A stretch of DNA of 53,619 nt, the filler included, from Circinaria calcarea (taxonomy: Eukaryota), in assembly GCA_051942165.1 (NCBI GenBank). It is 2 parts of 2 records of this genome, joined end to end, with 100 filler letters (N's around TTAATTAATTAA, not from the genome) between each part and the next. Parts side by side here need not be neighbours in the genome. Positions count along the whole stretch, not along the records: positions 26,968 to 53,619 come from JAVECS010000075.1; 1 more part is not named here. One strand, given 5' to 3'. Positions 51,606-53,619 of this stretch are shown one piece after another. Both the position numbers and the translations under genes were made by a program. The stretch's first letter is position 1, and the number at the start of each line of letters is the position of its first letter. The notes beneath the pieces were generated by a model. That model ran no database searches and was not told the origin of the DNA. It worked only from the letters and a program-made list of their open reading frames with translations.

Positions 51606-52460
51606 TTACTATGCACCTCATCAGCGACTTAGAACTACAGCATGCGAGTGCAACGCTCTTACCTGTGGTGGCATTGGGTATTGCCCTACCCCCCCTTGCT
51701 GCTGCTGGATGTACTGCTGGTATGCCATTTGATGCTGTTGCTCAGGCGTAAGACTGTACTGTGGCTGCATACCACCACTCCGCGGCATGTTGGCTTGTTG
51801 TGTAGGGACTTGGGCCGGACCGACGTCTTCGGGAGAATTATCTGGCTCATCTCCCTCAACGCCATTCTGGTTATCCTGTGTAGGTTCTGGTGCATTCAAG
51901 CAGGCCTGCCGATGTTAGCAGGGCACAAAGCGAGTACTGATGTTGTTTACCTGGATAAGGTTTTTGCCTTCTGGTTTAGTGACAAGAGGCTGCAACTTTG
52001 GCGTTGTGAAAGTGTAGACTAGGCCAGTCTCGGAGACGACGAGGAGAAGGACTTGAGTGCCGGTGAGTACTGAAAGTTCGTAGGCCTGGCAACACACAGT
52101 TAGCACCGGCGCACCCGACTTGCAGGCCATGGTAGGATGCAGGCACAATGCCATGCGACGAGAACGACGGTTGACCAGGTGGGAAATGGGTCTCACCTTC
52201 TTCATGATACCTGCCTTGCGCTTCGAAAAGGTGATGTGTCGACGGGACTTATCCTGGATAAACTTGATGTCGATCTTCCTGCGCTCGCGACCCGGCTTAT
52301 CGTCGTCGTCGTCATCATCATCACCGGCTGCGGTGCTGACACGAGCACGCTTCACGCCGCGGTTCTCTGCGCCGGTTGCGCCATTGCCATTGCCGGTCGC
52401 AAGCGCGTCATCGCCGGCCGAGGGCGAGTGTTGTTCATTAGGATCGGTGATGTCGCCCAT
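51606..52460 (-). CDS. MCM1: SRF-type MADS-box transcription factor Mcm1, ~214 aa; exons 52460-52197, 52085-51951, 51905-51663, 51608-51606
   Basis: 'RERRKIDIKFIQDKSRRHITFSKRKAGIMKK|AYELSVLTGTQVLLLVVSETGLVYTFTTPKLQPLV...NLIQ|ACLNA' and a Q-rich tail. The last exon is uncertain. Confidence 0.94.
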
Positions 52461-53619
52461 GTTGCTTGATGGTTGACGATCGTCTTTTTGGTTATGGGTG
52501 AAATGTCCGAAAGAGGTATGTTGTTGTCGTACCTACTGCTTGAGGTTAGAGATGGATGGGGGAGTCGTCAAAAGCTCCTCATCGAGGATGGTGTTTGAGG
52601 GAAAGCGGCCTTTGCCCTTTGCGAGTCCGACCGCTTACTGCGTACGGCGCGAGTGAAGCATGCAGCATGAGCGACTTACAAGAACCACCACCACCACTAA
52701 CTCTCGATAATCGATGAAAGGGGACCTGTTTGCTGTCTTACTCGATCCGGGTCAGCTTGGGGTCGAACGGGTCACGAAGCAATTGGATTCCAGGGGAAGA
52801 CCTTGCTGCAATTAGAAAATCGCCCGTCTTTTAGCGATGAAAGCGGAAGGGAGTCGAATCATAAAGAGATTGGCGCTGCAACACCAAGGGGCGCTAGCGG
52901 GCCTTAGCGCGAGGGGCGAGCCTTCACCATCATTGACCCCGCCGAGAGTCGGCCCTTCGAAGCTGTGGGATGGGATGGGAAGGAAAGAATGTGGGTTATG
53001 TATGACCGGTGAGTCGGGCACATCGTGATGCAGGAGAGTGACAATATTCAAACCCACGCTAGGCACCGAGTAGGTCCCTCGTACGAGATACAGAGAGTGC
53101 GACAGGGACTCGGTAGTGACCGGAAATGGAGGTCGGCGACTCTGAAACGAGATGATTGAGGCGTGACCCAGAATGGGCCGGTTGACCGGAAAAGGTCGTG
53201 GTGGAAGCCATCCGAGCGACATTGGGACGGTCGGGGCTGGGGGTGCTCTGCATTCGTGTGTGCAAAGGCCAAAGATGTTGGGAGTTTGGATACAGAGTTG
53301 AAGGTAACAAAGGTGAAGGAGAGGAGTGCGAGTGGGAGTGGGAGTGACAGTGGCTTGATCACTCGACGTGTGAAGAGTAACCCAAACCAGGCAAGCAAGT
53401 GGTGGTTGAGCGTCGAGCTTACCTGCTTTGATCGATGCGCGTTTCGTGCCACGGCAGTTCACTGCTCCTGTCCAACGACAAACAGACTCGACAACTTCGC
53501 TGGCTGGCCTTTCGATTTCGTGTGGGATTATTCCCGAAACGGTGCAAGTGCGAGGGCGGTCTCAGAAGGGCAAAGTGCTGGTTGGAAAAGGCAAAGGCGA
53601 AAAGTGAAAAGGAGTAGGC

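Noticed and set aside
52812..53462. 216-aa and 134-aa minus-strand ORFs upstream of MCM1
   Set aside because: No domain; pyrimidine-rich leader-like sequence with splice donors, more likely MCM1 5' UTR or promoter.

Overview
Eukaryotic, intron-rich genomic DNA from a filamentous ascomycete (Pezizomycotina; finer placement not attempted). It shows canonical GT..CTRAC/CTRAT..YAG introns, mostly 50-120 nt. Left arm: PIN4-like RRM/R3H protein, HSF1, CWC27, GET5-like ubiquitin-fold protein, cofilin and HSP60. Right arm: a gap-truncated SDR, a decayed-looking ~2.4 kb segment, SEN1 helicase, DNF1/2-type flippase, an uncharacterised (possibly Nse6/SLF2-like) protein, VMA4, a NIPA-family transporter and MCM1. 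An artificial 100-nt contig spacer (N44-TTAATTAATTAA-N44) lies at 26868-26967. The main discovery is an ~11 kb uninterrupted cluster (15481-26630) of six highly divergent genes, each encoding one N-terminal Myb/SANT-like three-helix domain. Introns split this domain in every gene, so the cluster is largely invisible in the ORF track. The six genes fall into two subfamilies of three, and five of them have short basic/acidic tails with hydrophobic-K-x-E motifs. All exon structures were derived by eye from splice signals and frame continuity. Family assignments come from recalled motifs, not database searches.
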